A program made the translations under genes and the position numbers. The notes under the pieces were generated by a model. The model worked only from the letters and a program-made list of their open reading frames with translations, made no database searches and had not been told where the DNA came from. 64,000 nucleotides of DNA from a virus, in the IMG/VR virus record IMGVR_UViG_3300007735_001031, positions 8,349 through 72,348 of that record; one strand, written 5' to 3'. Below are positions 1 to 8,111 of the stretch, piece by piece (positions within the stretch are counted from its first letter, which is position 1; every line of letters begins with the position of its first letter).

Positions 1-17
1 GGAGTTCGTCTTTCATT

Positions 18-203
18 TTATTCCTCAATATGTCTGATGTGTGATTCTACTTCGCCGTATAAATAATAGTCAACGAATCCATCTCCATAATCTGCGGCCG
101 GGCCATCTTCTCTATGGAGTTTATCATTTTTATACCAGAACTTAAATGGTGGGCAATTAAGATCTTCTGGATAATCAATTCGTAATTCTATTACTCTACC
201 CAT
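18..203 (-). CDS. small HRxDGPA-motif protein
   Basis: ORF track; FWYKNDKLHREDGPA motif typical of phage beta-hairpin repeat proteins. Confidence 0.75.
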   Translation of the reverse strand: MGRVIELRIDYPEDLNCPPFKFWYKNDKLHREDGPAADYGDGFVDYYLYGEVESHIRHIEE

Positions 204-466
204 TTGTAAATTGAAGTGTTGTATTTAGAATCAATACGGAATCCGCCATCAACCTCTTTCAGCTCGGATGCCTTGGGCCATAGTAGCAGGGACTCCTTTT
301 TGCTGTCAAGGTCATCATCAGACAAAGCAACATAAGAAGTAGCAACTCTTAATACTGAACGGGTCTTATTCATTTCCGCTCCAGAGAATTCAGTTAGAAC
401 AATCTTAGCTCCCGGAATCAATCTCCGTTTCAGTTCCGCTACTGTTAGTTTCTTCTTCTTCGCCAT
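191..466 (-). CDS. hypothetical protein
   Basis: ORF with SD (AGGAG) upstream; overlaps next gene. Confidence 0.75.
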   Translation of the reverse strand: MAKKKKLTVAELKRRLIPGAKIVLTEFSGAEMNKTRSVLRVATSYVALSDDDLDSKKESLLLWPKASELKEVDGGFRIDSKYNTSIYKWVE

Positions 467-480
467 TAGAGTCTCCTAAA

Positions 481-1146
481 TTAGTTAGTCTTACCAGTCA
501 AGAACACGACAGCTTCTTTGCTGTAAGTAAGGAATTCTTTTGTCAGTACAGTAATTCTTGAATCAAGCTCATTAATAATCATTTCTTTTGATTCACTATC
601 GGGCTGAGATTCCAACATCATTTTTACAACATTGATGGATCTAATTTCTTCAGTGAGCTTGAACCAGCGCATATCCTTAACCATAGGATTGGTCTTATAT
701 TCCGGTTGGAGCCACTTTGTATCAATAATAGTATTGAGTCCGGCGTTTGTTCTTTGTAGATCGAAATTTTCCCTTCTCAACTTATCGGTCTCCTGACTAG
801 AACTTTGAAGTTCGATTTCAAGAGAATAAGCATTGCTGGTGGCTTTCGATGCCACATTACGAAGACTCAGAACAATTGCTTCAAGTTCTTCAGTCTTAGA
901 GCGAACTTTTTCATCAAGTTCAGCTGCAACTTTTTTCTTCTTGTAATCGTCAATATTGGACCAGGTTTTAAAATTGAAGAAAAGAATCATCAAATTAAAA
1001 CCAATAAAAAATTTAGAAAAACTCCCGACTCCAATCTCGCTCATATAGTTTGCGAAAAGAACAAGAAAAATTGACGGAAAAATCCACCAATGGAAAAAGA
1101 TATACACAAAAGTTTCGGCCAACTTCTCTCTGTTAAACTTAAACAT
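481..1146 (-). CDS. membrane protein with coiled-coil C-terminus
   Basis: Two hydrophobic N-terminal segments then heptad-rich region; start moved to ATG 1146 (SD GAGGA, downstream of promoter). Confidence 0.7.
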   Translation of the reverse strand: MFKFNREKLAETFVYIFFHWWIFPSIFLVLFANYMSEIGVGSFSKFFIGFNLMILFFNFKTWSNIDDYKKKKVAAELDEKVRSKTEELEAIVLSLRNVASKATSNAYSLEIELQSSSQETDKLRRENFDLQRTNAGLNTIIDTKWLQPEYKTNPMVKDMRWFKLTEEIRSINVVKMMLESQPDSESKEMIINELDSRITVLTKEFLTYSKEAVVFLTGKTN

Positions 1147-1184
1147 TTTTCCTCGTGATCTGGTTGTCTCATCCAACGCCACCA

Positions 1185-1213
1185 AGAATACCAGCGAGAT
1201 AAATTGCTGTCAA
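1185..1213 (-). promoter_or_regulatory. sigma70-type promoter
   Basis: TTGACA-N17-TATTCT on minus strand. Confidence 0.65.
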
Positions 1214-1488
1214 CCAGCCGAAGAATCTTCTTCAGAATTTTCTACATCCTTTTCTGTTATTGGTGATCGTTCAACGATTTCTTTTCCATCGTCGTTAAAG
1301 TATCGAATACCTTTTCGTGTTTCAATTCTTTTAAGTTTGCCGTTTTCAAAGTAGCCGAATGTTTCGGATCCACTACCATAGTCAATAGCAAAGCCGTCTG
1401 CTCTATGGTATTGGCCTTCACCATTACGCCAGACCTTTTGGCCTGATGGGAATACTTCCAATTCAGCCTTCTTCGTTGAAACTACCAC
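1210..1488 (-). CDS. small HRxDG-motif protein
   Basis: VWRNGEGQYHRADGFA motif; exact start uncertain. Confidence 0.65.
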   Translation of the reverse strand: MVVSTKKAELEVFPSGQKVWRNGEGQYHRADGFAIDYGSGSETFGYFENGKLKRIETRKGIRYFNDDGKEIVERSPITEKDVENSEEDSSAG

Positions 1489-1657
1489 TTAGGAAACTCT
1501 CCACACATTCCTGTGCTTCTTCCTTTGTCCTGTATGGAATGGTTCTTACTTCTTCTTCTCGTCCATCATTCCATACATTAACAAGGTGCGCCCAATAACC
1601 GGCAAAGGTTTCGCTAAGCTCGGCAGACACATAACCTTCTCTAATAAATTTCGCCAT
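1463..1657 (-). CDS. hypothetical protein
   Basis: ORF with GGAG SD, overlapping both neighbours. Confidence 0.6.
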   Translation of the reverse strand: MAKFIREGYVSAELSETFAGYWAHLVNVWNDGREEEVRTIPYRTKEEAQECVESFLSGSFNEEG

Positions 1658-2177
1658 GAAACATACTCCCTAAATAATCCTTCCATTCATCTGGAAGTGG
1701 GTTATTCTTGGTTGATTTGTTAAAGATCTCAAAGTTGTCGGGAACATAAGGTTCCTTCAATAGTTTCATTCCTGCTTGTTTTGGTGTTCTATCTTTCTTC
1801 TTTTGATTACAAGATACACAGCAAGAAACAATATTCTTCCAATTCGTCTTTCCGCCCTGCGAAATAGGGAGCACATGGTCCATCGTAAAGGTTCGCTTAT
1901 CCAGCTTGATTTTACAATACTGGCATTCGTGATTGTCTCTAAGCATTACATTCGTTCGGCTGAACTTGGCGTTCTTTGCCTGACGATTGCGCTTGATGAC
2001 TCCCTTTACGAAACGAATGATTGATGGAATCTGGAATGATTCTGAGATCGTATTGACGACTCTATCTTTATAGAATTCAATAACCTCAACACGACCAGAG
2101 AACCAGAGACAGAAAGCCTCCTTCCAATCAACATACCGCATCGGCTGATAAGCTGTACTCAATACAAGTGTATCCAT
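1641..2177 (-). CDS. HNH endonuclease (McrA-like)
   Basis: RD-x3-CQYC, TMDHVLP-x2-GG, NIV-x2-C-x2-CN motifs; start moved downstream of the promoter. Confidence 0.9.
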   Translation of the reverse strand: MDTLVLSTAYQPMRYVDWKEAFCLWFSGRVEVIEFYKDRVVNTISESFQIPSIIRFVKGVIKRNRQAKNAKFSRTNVMLRDNHECQYCKIKLDKRTFTMDHVLPISQGGKTNWKNIVSCCVSCNQKKKDRTPKQAGMKLLKEPYVPDNFEIFNKSTKNNPLPDEWKDYLGSMFHGEIY

Positions 2178-2204
2178 CGTCGTCCCTACCACATAGGCAC
2201 CACC

Positions 2205-2233
2205 AGTGTAGGCCACCAGTAATTATCTGTCAA
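2205..2233 (-). promoter_or_regulatory. sigma70-type promoter
   Basis: TTGACA-gataattactggtggcc(17)-TACACT. Confidence 0.75.
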
Positions 2234-2242
2234 GTGTCTCAT

Positions 2243-2362
2243 TTATTCTAATATGATCCAAGTGGCTCTACCCGCTTCGTTATTCACCAACCAGTGATAT
2301 TGAAGCCAGGTGCGATTTAACGAGGGTAAATAAGCAACATGGAGTTGAACTTGCTTTTTCAT
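2243..2362 (-). CDS. 39-aa micro-protein (array family, dispersed member)
   Basis: Hand translation MKKQVQLHVAYLPSLNRTWLQYHWLVNNEAGRATWIILE; ATGA overlap with upstream stop. Confidence 0.6.
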   Translation of the reverse strand: MKKQVQLHVAYLPSLNRTWLQYHWLVNNEAGRATWIILE

Positions 2363-2793
2363 CGCATCACGTCTGCCTTGATTTGATCAACCTTATCGTG
2401 GTAATAAGATCTCCAATCGTTAGCCGGAATCTTCACATCCAAAGCGTTTAAAGAACCCTTAGCCAAAACATAAATGTAGGCGGCAACAGGATATTCTCTA
2501 TCGCCAAACACAACATCAACAAGCTTTCGCTGATAGAAATGTGGGCAACCCTCGAGAACATCCAATCGCTTCAATAGTTCATCACTAACCACATAGAGTT
2601 CGCCAAGGATGAACTTTCCTTTATCACTCTCGATAATGCCCGGAAAGTATCCAAGATCATACATATCGTATCGTTGAATGGTCTTGGCGATGGAAAGATA
2701 CTTTGCGTTGTTATTACGCAGGATTCCGTTGTTCTGTAGCCCCGAACAAAGGGAGCCATAAACGAATACCAAGTTCTTATTCTTCTCTTCCAT
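2359..2793 (-). CDS. gamma-glutamylcyclotransferase (AIG2/YtfP-like)
   Basis: VFVYGSL, GELYVV, LDVLEG, YQR motifs. Confidence 0.9.
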   Translation of the reverse strand: MEEKNKNLVFVYGSLCSGLQNNGILRNNNAKYLSIAKTIQRYDMYDLGYFPGIIESDKGKFILGELYVVSDELLKRLDVLEGCPHFYQRKLVDVVFGDREYPVAAYIYVLAKGSLNALDVKIPANDWRSYYHDKVDQIKADVMR

Positions 2794-2794
2794 T

Positions 2795-3157
2795 TTAATC
2801 CTCTCTCTTCTTTTCTACCAAATCTTTCTCAATAAGCGGGAGGATGTTATCACTCCAAATATCATTCTTAATTTCTTGGAAATTATCCCAATATCCGTCC
2901 GTTTTAGCGTCCTCTTTTGGATAATGGACATATTCCAAAAGAACATGCGGAGGAATTGTATTCAGACATTCTCTCAGGTTCTCATATTCTTCTCTGTATT
3001 CTCTATCATAGATAATATCAGTGATTACATTTTCGGTGGTAATGACTTCAATATCAGCAGAAACAATCTCGTCCTCACCAAGAGCTTGGAGTTCTCCAAT
3101 CTTTTCTTGGAGATAGTTGATTAGTTCATTAACGGGGATAATTTTTCTGTAATACAT
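2795..3157 (-). CDS. hypothetical acidic protein
   Basis: ORF, SD GGAGG. Confidence 0.7.
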   Translation of the reverse strand: MYYRKIIPVNELINYLQEKIGELQALGEDEIVSADIEVITTENVITDIIYDREYREEYENLRECLNTIPPHVLLEYVHYPKEDAKTDGYWDNFQEIKNDIWSDNILPLIEKDLVEKKRED

Positions 3158-3307
3158 TTAATCCTCCACTTTGACGGAACGAGTGTGAATAGAACCAAAG
3201 GTTTTGTGTGGAAATTTGTGATAGGGCTTCTTATTCAGCCACCAAGAATATTCAATCACGGTTGGATTTATAGAATAAATATCAGTCATTAGAAGATAGG
3301 TTTTCAT
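3158..3307 (-). CDS. micro-protein array member A (49 aa)
   Basis: MKTYLLMTDIYSINPTVIEYSWWLNKKPYHKFPHKTFGSIHTRSVKVED. Confidence 0.65.
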   Translation of the reverse strand: MKTYLLMTDIYSINPTVIEYSWWLNKKPYHKFPHKTFGSIHTRSVKVED

Positions 3308-3441
3308 AGCCACACAAATCGTCTATTGGTTAATCCAATCTTTTTATCCACACAGCAATATAATGGAATTTCGTTCAACCACCAAGAATACTTAACGGCG
3401 TTCGTAGCATAACTTTCAACTCTTAAGTGGTATGTTTTCAT
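3304..3441 (-). CDS. micro-protein array member B (45 aa)
   Basis: MKTYHLRVESYATNAVKYSWWLNEIPLYCCVDKKIGLTNRRFVWL; ATGA coupling at both ends. Confidence 0.65.
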   Translation of the reverse strand: MKTYHLRVESYATNAVKYSWWLNEIPLYCCVDKKIGLTNRRFVWL

Positions 3442-3551
3442 CTGAATTGTAGCAACTTAAACTTAAATGTTTTGCCGTTTATCAGCCATTCTTTTCTCAA
3501 GAGATCTGGGGCGGAATATTGTTTGCGAATTGTAAATGTATGAATCTTCAT
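3438..3551 (-). CDS. micro-protein array member C (37 aa)
   Basis: MKIHTFTIRKQYSAPDLLRKEWLINGKTFKFKLLQFR; ATGA coupling. Confidence 0.65.
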   Translation of the reverse strand: MKIHTFTIRKQYSAPDLLRKEWLINGKTFKFKLLQFR

Positions 3552-3664
3552 AGATAAATAAACCTCGTCCAAATTTCATAACCATCAACATAGAATGTTT
3601 GGCAAAGACGAGTTGGTATGTATTCCCACTCACTTGTATAGATTTTAAGTTTGTAGGTTTTCAT
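3548..3664 (-). CDS. micro-protein array member D (38 aa)
   Basis: MKTYKLKIYTSEWEYIPTRLCQTFYVDGYEIWTRFIYL. Confidence 0.65.
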   Translation of the reverse strand: MKTYKLKIYTSEWEYIPTRLCQTFYVDGYEIWTRFIYL

Positions 3665-3770
3665 CTAATTTAACGATCCTGCTTCCTGCGAAAACGAATT
3701 GATAGTTTATGAACCAAGAATACTTAATATAATATCGTGTTTGAAATACTCTCAACTCATATCTTTTCAT
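3645..3770 (-). CDS. micro-protein array member E (41 aa)
   Basis: MKRYELRVFQTRYYIKYSWFINYQFVFAGSRIVKLDENLQT. Confidence 0.65.
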   Translation of the reverse strand: MKRYELRVFQTRYYIKYSWFINYQFVFAGSRIVKLDENLQT

Positions 3771-3883
3771 AGATCAACATATATTCTAATTCTTTTGCCT
3801 TGGTTCTTTAGCCCAAACCATTCATAACGAACAAACGGCTCGGACACACTAACTATCTCAACACTTAATTCAATCGTTCTCAT
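3767..3883 (-). CDS. micro-protein array member F (38 aa)
   Basis: MRTIELSVEIVSVSEPFVRYEWFGLKNQGKRIRIYVDL. Confidence 0.65.
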   Translation of the reverse strand: MRTIELSVEIVSVSEPFVRYEWFGLKNQGKRIRIYVDL

Positions 3884-3983
3884 GATAAACAAACCATTGT
3901 TTAATACAACGATGATCAACAAACTTACGATACATCAAGGCATTACTTCTACATACATTAACATCTAATTCAATCGTTCTCAT
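3866..3983. repeat. 18-bp direct repeat (taattcaatcgttctcat), copies 100 bp apart
   Basis: Identical at 3866-3883 and 3966-3983; encodes MRTIEL in members F and G. Confidence 0.9.
3870..3983 (-). CDS. micro-protein array member G (37 aa)
   Basis: MRTIELDVNVCRSNALMYRKFVDHRCIKQWFVYHEND; ATG overlaps the deaminase TGA. Confidence 0.65.
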   Translation of the reverse strand: MRTIELDVNVCRSNALMYRKFVDHRCIKQWFVYHEND

Positions 3984-4390
3984 AGCTTCATCATCTCAAA
4001 GTATCCATCCTCAGTAGAGTAGAATACACGCTTGCTTCCACAGAATCGCATAGCTTCCTGACACATAGAACAAGGCTTGGAGTTGCGATACTCATTCTCA
4101 TAATTCACACGAACAACATAAACATCGGCTCCCTCGGTGGAGTCCTTCGCCATATTAAGAATGGCTCCGAGTTCAGCGTGAAGCGTTGCCTGTCCCTTAG
4201 TTCTGCAACGAAAGCGACCACCAAAAGAACAAGGCTTATCCTTGTTGTGGGAAGCATTTAGGACAACCCCGTGCTTCACCAAAACGGCACCATGACGAAA
4301 CTTTCCGTAGCTGGAAAGCTCCGCCATTCTCTTTGCGAACTCAAACATTCGCTCGTTTCGTCTGGTAAGATCAATAGTTCTGATATACAC
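3980..4390 (-). CDS. zinc-dependent CMP/dCMP-type deaminase
   Basis: HGAVLV, HAE and PCxxC motifs; GTG 4390 has an AGGAG SD. Confidence 0.85.
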   Translation of the reverse strand: MYIRTIDLTRRNERMFEFAKRMAELSSYGKFRHGAVLVKHGVVLNASHNKDKPCSFGGRFRCRTKGQATLHAELGAILNMAKDSTEGADVYVVRVNYENEYRNSKPCSMCQEAMRFCGSKRVFYSTEDGYFEMMKL

Positions 4391-4411
4391 GACACCGCTC
4401 CTCACCCTCAC

Positions 4412-4440
4412 AGCATACAGGGGAGATAATTACAGGTCAA
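4412..4440 (-). promoter_or_regulatory. sigma70-type promoter
   Basis: TTGACC-tgtaattatctcccctg(17)-TATGCT; reads into the deaminase and the micro-ORF array. Confidence 0.7.
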
Positions 4441-4567
4441 GCTTGCTAATAATGTTTCTATAATACCTTTCATTATAGAATCTTCCATTCTTTAACCATT
4501 CACGGCGAATAAGATCACCACCGAATAACCTAACTACCAGTTTGTATTCCGCGATCTCTGGCTTCAT
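4430..4567 (-). CDS. 45-aa micro-protein (array family)
   Basis: MKPEIAEYKLVVRLFGGDLIRREWLKNGRFYNERYYRNIISKLDL. Confidence 0.55.
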   Translation of the reverse strand: MKPEIAEYKLVVRLFGGDLIRREWLKNGRFYNERYYRNIISKLDL

Positions 4568-4745
4568 GTTCGTCGTCAATCCATATTCCATTTATGTAAT
4601 AATCCTTATTCATTCCTTCAAAAGAGTCATAAATAAAAGCAGGGCCATCCATTCTGTGAAGTCCATCGCCATTTCCCCACAATTTAGCGGGCATACGATC
4701 AAACTCAATTTTGTTATATTCCACAGAAAGGGTTATTACTCTCAT
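4530..4745 (-). CDS. small HRxDGPA-motif protein
   Basis: MRVITLSV...LWGNGDGLHRMDGPA. Confidence 0.7.
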   Translation of the reverse strand: MRVITLSVEYNKIEFDRMPAKLWGNGDGLHRMDGPAFIYDSFEGMNKDYYINGIWIDDEHEARDRGIQTGS

Positions 4746-5053
4746 ATCAGCCCACGATCCTTCCCGTCAATACAGAAATCACATTCGCCTCTTCCATCGC
4801 AGAAACAGCAGGAGAAATATTTATCTACATTCTCTTTCACTTCTGCTTCCGACATTTTAGCAATATCTTTGGCGAATTGTTCGGCTGAATCAAATGCTCC
4901 ACAATTACAATCGTGCCAATCTTTATACCAGCCGCAAGTTGGTGAATGTTCCTCTTCACCATACTGGCAACCAACAGAACACCACAAACGATTCAACTCG
5001 TTGCTACCAATCTGATATTCTTTTCCACAAACACAGCAGTTAAGCGTTATCAT
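4742..5053 (-). CDS. Cys-rich putative zinc-binding protein
   Basis: Multiple CxxC motifs and an H-x3-C-x9-C-x-C cluster. Confidence 0.65.
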   Translation of the reverse strand: MITLNCCVCGKEYQIGSNELNRLWCSVGCQYGEEEHSPTCGWYKDWHDCNCGAFDSAEQFAKDIAKMSEAEVKENVDKYFSCCFCDGRGECDFCIDGKDRGLI

Positions 5054-5058
5054 TTTGA

Positions 5059-5232
5059 TTATTCATATGCTCCAATATCAAAAAACTTTCCTTCCTTATC
5101 AAAGGAAAGAATGGATACGAAACCAGAATATCCTTTCTCAACTGAGATAAAAGTAAAGTTTTCATCGTGTTCTCCGCGAAAATCAATATTCTGCCGCTCA
5201 AGCCAAGAGATAAATGTTTCAAGTTCGGTCAT
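5059..5232 (-). CDS. hypothetical protein (57 aa)
   Basis: Hand translation MTELETFISWLERQNIDF...DIGAYE. Confidence 0.55.
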   Translation of the reverse strand: MTELETFISWLERQNIDFRGEHDENFTFISVEKGYSGFVSILSFDKEGKFFDIGAYE

Positions 5233-5235
5233 TAT

Positions 5236-5388
5236 TTACCCCACCATCCATTCTTCGTCTTTATATTCTGTAATGACGCTCCAAAGCAATCCTAAAAGAT
5301 TCTCGTTTGTATGTAAATAGCAGGAATAAGAACAGACCCAAACAGGCTTTTTGCTTATCACTCCTGCTTTCTCACGAAAGATTTTCAT
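5236..5388 (-). CDS. hypothetical protein (50 aa)
   Basis: Hand translation MKIFREKAGVISKKPVW...; ATGA-coupled to upstream ORF. Confidence 0.5.
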   Translation of the reverse strand: MKIFREKAGVISKKPVWVCSYSCYLHTNENLLGLLWSVITEYKDEEWMVG

Positions 5389-5489
5389 TTTGATTACCAC
5401 GATCTCCAAAAGATATATAGGACAAGGAATCCCATAACAAAGTAAAGTCCTTCCGGATTTTCTTTTACAACATTAAACGCTTCAATCAT
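5385..5489 (-). CDS. small membrane peptide (34 aa)
   Basis: MIEAFNVVKENPEGLYFVMGFLVLYIFGDRGNQK; SD AAGGA just after tmRNA. Confidence 0.5.
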
Positions 5490-5498
5490 TTTTTCCTT

Positions 5499-5861
5499 TG
5501 GTGGAGACGCCGCGAGTCGAACGCGGGTCTTGAATAATAATTGTAATCACTCATTCACAGGAATAGCCAAACACCCAGCAGTTCAGCAGACCACCCAAAA
5601 TATTGGGAACTTCATATGATTTTCTTTAAGGTAGAAACCATTAAAATAACCAATTGTGGATATTCTTTTCGGCAGTATCCAAGCTTATCCAAACTTATTT
5701 TACAGAGCGTTTGGCAACTCCGTTTAACTAAGCTGCTAGAGCGTAATTAAAAGTTTCAACATTATCGTTGGCACTTAAACATTTCAGCGTTTTTACGATG
5801 CCACGCTGCCCATCGTCCTGCATAATTACAAATCTTACCCAATCGAAACCAGTTCGTCCCC
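5499..5861 (-). ncRNA. ssrA: tmRNA
   Basis: 5' GGGGACG pairs with 3' CGTCTCC-ACCA (G3.U wobble); T-loop GTTCGACT; 363 nt; tag frame ANDNVETFNYALAA* at 5772-5728. Confidence 0.95.
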
Positions 5862-5866
5862 TTATG

Positions 5867-6121
5867 TTATTCCTTCTTTTCTAGCGAGGTGAAGGCACCT
5901 TCCTCAATTAGTTTATACACTTGTCGAACATTTTTAAGTGTCTGAAACAGAACAGCATGGGAGGGAGGAATAGAAATAATATTCTGTCCTTCGAACTCCA
6001 TTAAGTCCTGCTCCACAACAACATCTAATTCTTGCGCGACAATATTCTCGAGATTGTCGATAAGGCCTTCCATAGTTCGCTTGGTATAATCCTTATCATA
6101 AGACCAATAACGATTACGCAT
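5867..6121 (-). CDS. hypothetical protein
   Basis: ORF with GAGGA SD. Confidence 0.65.
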   Translation of the reverse strand: MRNRYWSYDKDYTKRTMEGLIDNLENIVAQELDVVVEQDLMEFEGQNIISIPPSHAVLFQTLKNVRQVYKLIEEGAFTSLEKKE

Positions 6122-6284
6122 TTCGTCCTCTAAACTTGTAGTTTTGGATGTTATAAATGTATTGAGCAGATTGGAGAACTTGATTCTCCTTCTCTTCCTT
6201 CTGTTCGCACCAGAAGCATACGCCGTTTCTCATATCTCTAATGTCGTGCTCAACACCACACTTCTTACAGGTTGCCGTATTCAT
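6114..6284 (-). CDS. small zinc-ribbon protein (56 aa)
   Basis: MNTATCKKCG...CFWCEQ; strong GAGGAGG SD. Confidence 0.65.
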   Translation of the reverse strand: MNTATCKKCGVEHDIRDMRNGVCFWCEQKEEKENQVLQSAQYIYNIQNYKFRGRNA

Positions 6285-6291
6285 AATGAAG

Positions 6292-6340
6292 TCCTCCTCT
6301 GCTATACACTAACTATAGCAGAGGAGGAAATCTGTGTCAA
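6292..6340 (-). promoter_or_regulatory. sigma70 promoter overlapping a 15-bp hairpin that contains the SD
   Basis: TTGACA-N17-TATAGT (6340-6312); stem arms 6292-6306 and 6314-6328. Confidence 0.7.
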
Positions 6341-6356
6341 GGGGAGTTAAAAGAGA

Positions 6357-6746
6357 TTATCCGTTGTCTAATATTTTACCAACAGTTTCAACAACTTCAT
6401 CAAGAGTTGAGCAGAACCTGCCTTTAACTCTAACTCCGAAATCATCATTATCAATTGCTAAGAACATAAAAATATCATCGCTGGATGACTTACCATGTTT
6501 GTTGCCGTTATAAAAGATACCTGCGATTCCTTGAGTTTGAATTTCAAACTTACCAGGACCAAACTCTCGATCTAATCTATCTACGATTTGATCAAGAATT
6601 GGCTTTCCTTTTCCTCTATTTGCTTTTAGCCCAAATCCACTACGACCACCAGCGGAAGGAGAAGCTCTACCAAAATCACCTTCATCTAAGGTATCTTGGA
6701 TTGCCTCTAAAATCATTTTCTTTAATAATCTATCGTTCATTAACAA
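6357..6746 (-). CDS. hypothetical, putative late/virion-cargo protein
   Basis: ACTATTTA upstream (6767-6774); LLKKMILEAIQDTLDE leader. Confidence 0.65.
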   Translation of the reverse strand: MLMNDRLLKKMILEAIQDTLDEGDFGRASPSAGGRSGFGLKANRGKGKPILDQIVDRLDREFGPGKFEIQTQGIAGIFYNGNKHGKSSSDDIFMFLAIDNDDFGVRVKGRFCSTLDEVVETVGKILDNG

Positions 6747-6773
6747 TCTCCTATAAGATTACAGGATAAATAG

Positions 6774-7436
6774 TTATTCAAATTCCTTAATTGCCTTTTT
6801 AAGCTTTTTCAATTCATCTTTCAAAGAGGAAATTGATTCAGAAAATTCTTTATCTTCTTCAAGACCAACAAACTTTAAGAAATTAGATTCCAAGCTTTCA
6901 AACTCTTTGTTTGTTTCATCAATTAAAGATTGAACTTCTTTTGATTTAGCATCACATTTGGTTTGTTCTTCTTTCTTCTTTTCTTCCCGCTTTTGTTGAT
7001 CTTGAGATTTATGATCCTGTTTGGGAGATTTAGATTTTGATCTTAACTTTTTCAAATGTCCTGCCTTTGATAGAGCAGAAACCCCTGTTGCTACTACTGC
7101 GGTTGTAGCCGCAACGGCAATCGTAGCAACGACAGCAGTTTCTGTATTGAGAACTGGCTTATCAACTTCTTTCGGAGGAATAGCAATAAGCGTTGAACTT
7201 TCTGATAGAGGAACAGAAACAGGTGGAGTTGTAGCAGTTTGATCTGTCGGAGTTTCTACCGCTGGTGGAGCCACTATGGTATCCTCCTGGGGTAGGGGTA
7301 TGGTCTTATCCTCCACCTGTTTCTTTTCTGGAATAGGATGATGTTTAACCACTTTCTTCTTCACAGAAGGTTGTGGTTTTTTCTCTTCATCCTTTTCTTC
7401 TTCACCATATTCAAAAGAGAAAGGATTATTACTCAT
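6774..7436 (-). CDS. low-complexity protein with one hydrophobic segment
   Basis: Pro/Thr-rich region, AVVATIAVAA segment, charged C-terminus. Confidence 0.7.
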   Translation of the reverse strand: MSNNPFSFEYGEEEKDEEKKPQPSVKKKVVKHHPIPEKKQVEDKTIPLPQEDTIVAPPAVETPTDQTATTPPVSVPLSESSTLIAIPPKEVDKPVLNTETAVVATIAVAATTAVVATGVSALSKAGHLKKLRSKSKSPKQDHKSQDQQKREEKKKEEQTKCDAKSKEVQSLIDETNKEFESLESNFLKFVGLEEDKEFSESISSLKDELKKLKKAIKEFE

Positions 7437-7935
7437 CGTCGGAATCCTTTACTCTTTTTTTCTTGCTCTTTCTTTCTCTTTCTTCTTGTTCTTCAATCTC
7501 TTCTTGGATCTTCTTAACTTTCTTCTTTAACTTCTTTACGCCTTCATCAAGAGCGGAAACTTCTTGTTTTTGCTTCTCAACAATCTCTTTTGAAGCTTTC
7601 TCTGTTTCGGCTGCCTTGTGGTTAATTTCATTAAGCTTTGCTTTGAGGGCTGAAACTTGAGAACCTAATTCCTCTTGTTTGGCTACGCACTGTTCGTGTC
7701 CTGTGGCTGAACTTAATTTAATCTCAGCCATCTTTTCTTCATGCTTTTGTTCTTGTTTTTGTTTTAACCAGTCCCAAACTTTCTTGCCGCCTAAAATACC
7801 AACAGCGCCCAAAGCAAGCATAACCACTGGGTTTCCGTTGCTAAGATGCGCTATTTGATTAATATCGATATTTCCGTCTGCGACGGCACTTGAAACTGAA
7901 TGTGCTAAATCAACTTGAGCTAATAAATTTATCAT
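7429..7935 (-). CDS. membrane-anchored coiled-coil protein
   Basis: Hydrophobic VVMLALGAVGILGG then coiled coil; ACTACTTA upstream. Confidence 0.7.
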   Translation of the reverse strand: MINLLAQVDLAHSVSSAVADGNIDINQIAHLSNGNPVVMLALGAVGILGGKKVWDWLKQKQEQKHEEKMAEIKLSSATGHEQCVAKQEELGSQVSALKAKLNEINHKAAETEKASKEIVEKQKQEVSALDEGVKKLKKKVKKIQEEIEEQEERERKSKKKRVKDSDDE

Positions 7936-8032
7936 ACATGAGTCCCTCCATGGTAAAAAAGTATGTATAATAAGTAGTTTGCAACATTCAGTTTTTCGGC
8001 CTTTGAGGTTTCATCCACATACCTAAACTCCC

Positions 8033-8111
8033 ACGAACTATGAGGGATTTGAACCCACATGACGCCTTCCCCTAGTGGGCAAGCGGTTCTACCACTTTGA
8101 ATTAATAGGGG
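8033..8111 (-). pseudogene. degenerate tRNA-like element
   Basis: D-loop-like AGTGGTAGAA and T-arm GGGTTCAAATCCC; acceptor stem only 4 bp; irregular anticodon arm. Confidence 0.4.

Noticed and set aside
1641-2177. HNH gene as a mobile homing element
   Set aside because: It is a free-standing McrA-like HNH with its own promoter; there is no interrupted host gene or intron structure.
3158-3983. CRISPR array or DGR template/variable repeats
   Set aside because: There is no constant repeat with unique spacers, no adenine-specific mismatch pair, and no cas or reverse transcriptase in the window. Similarity is mainly at protein level.
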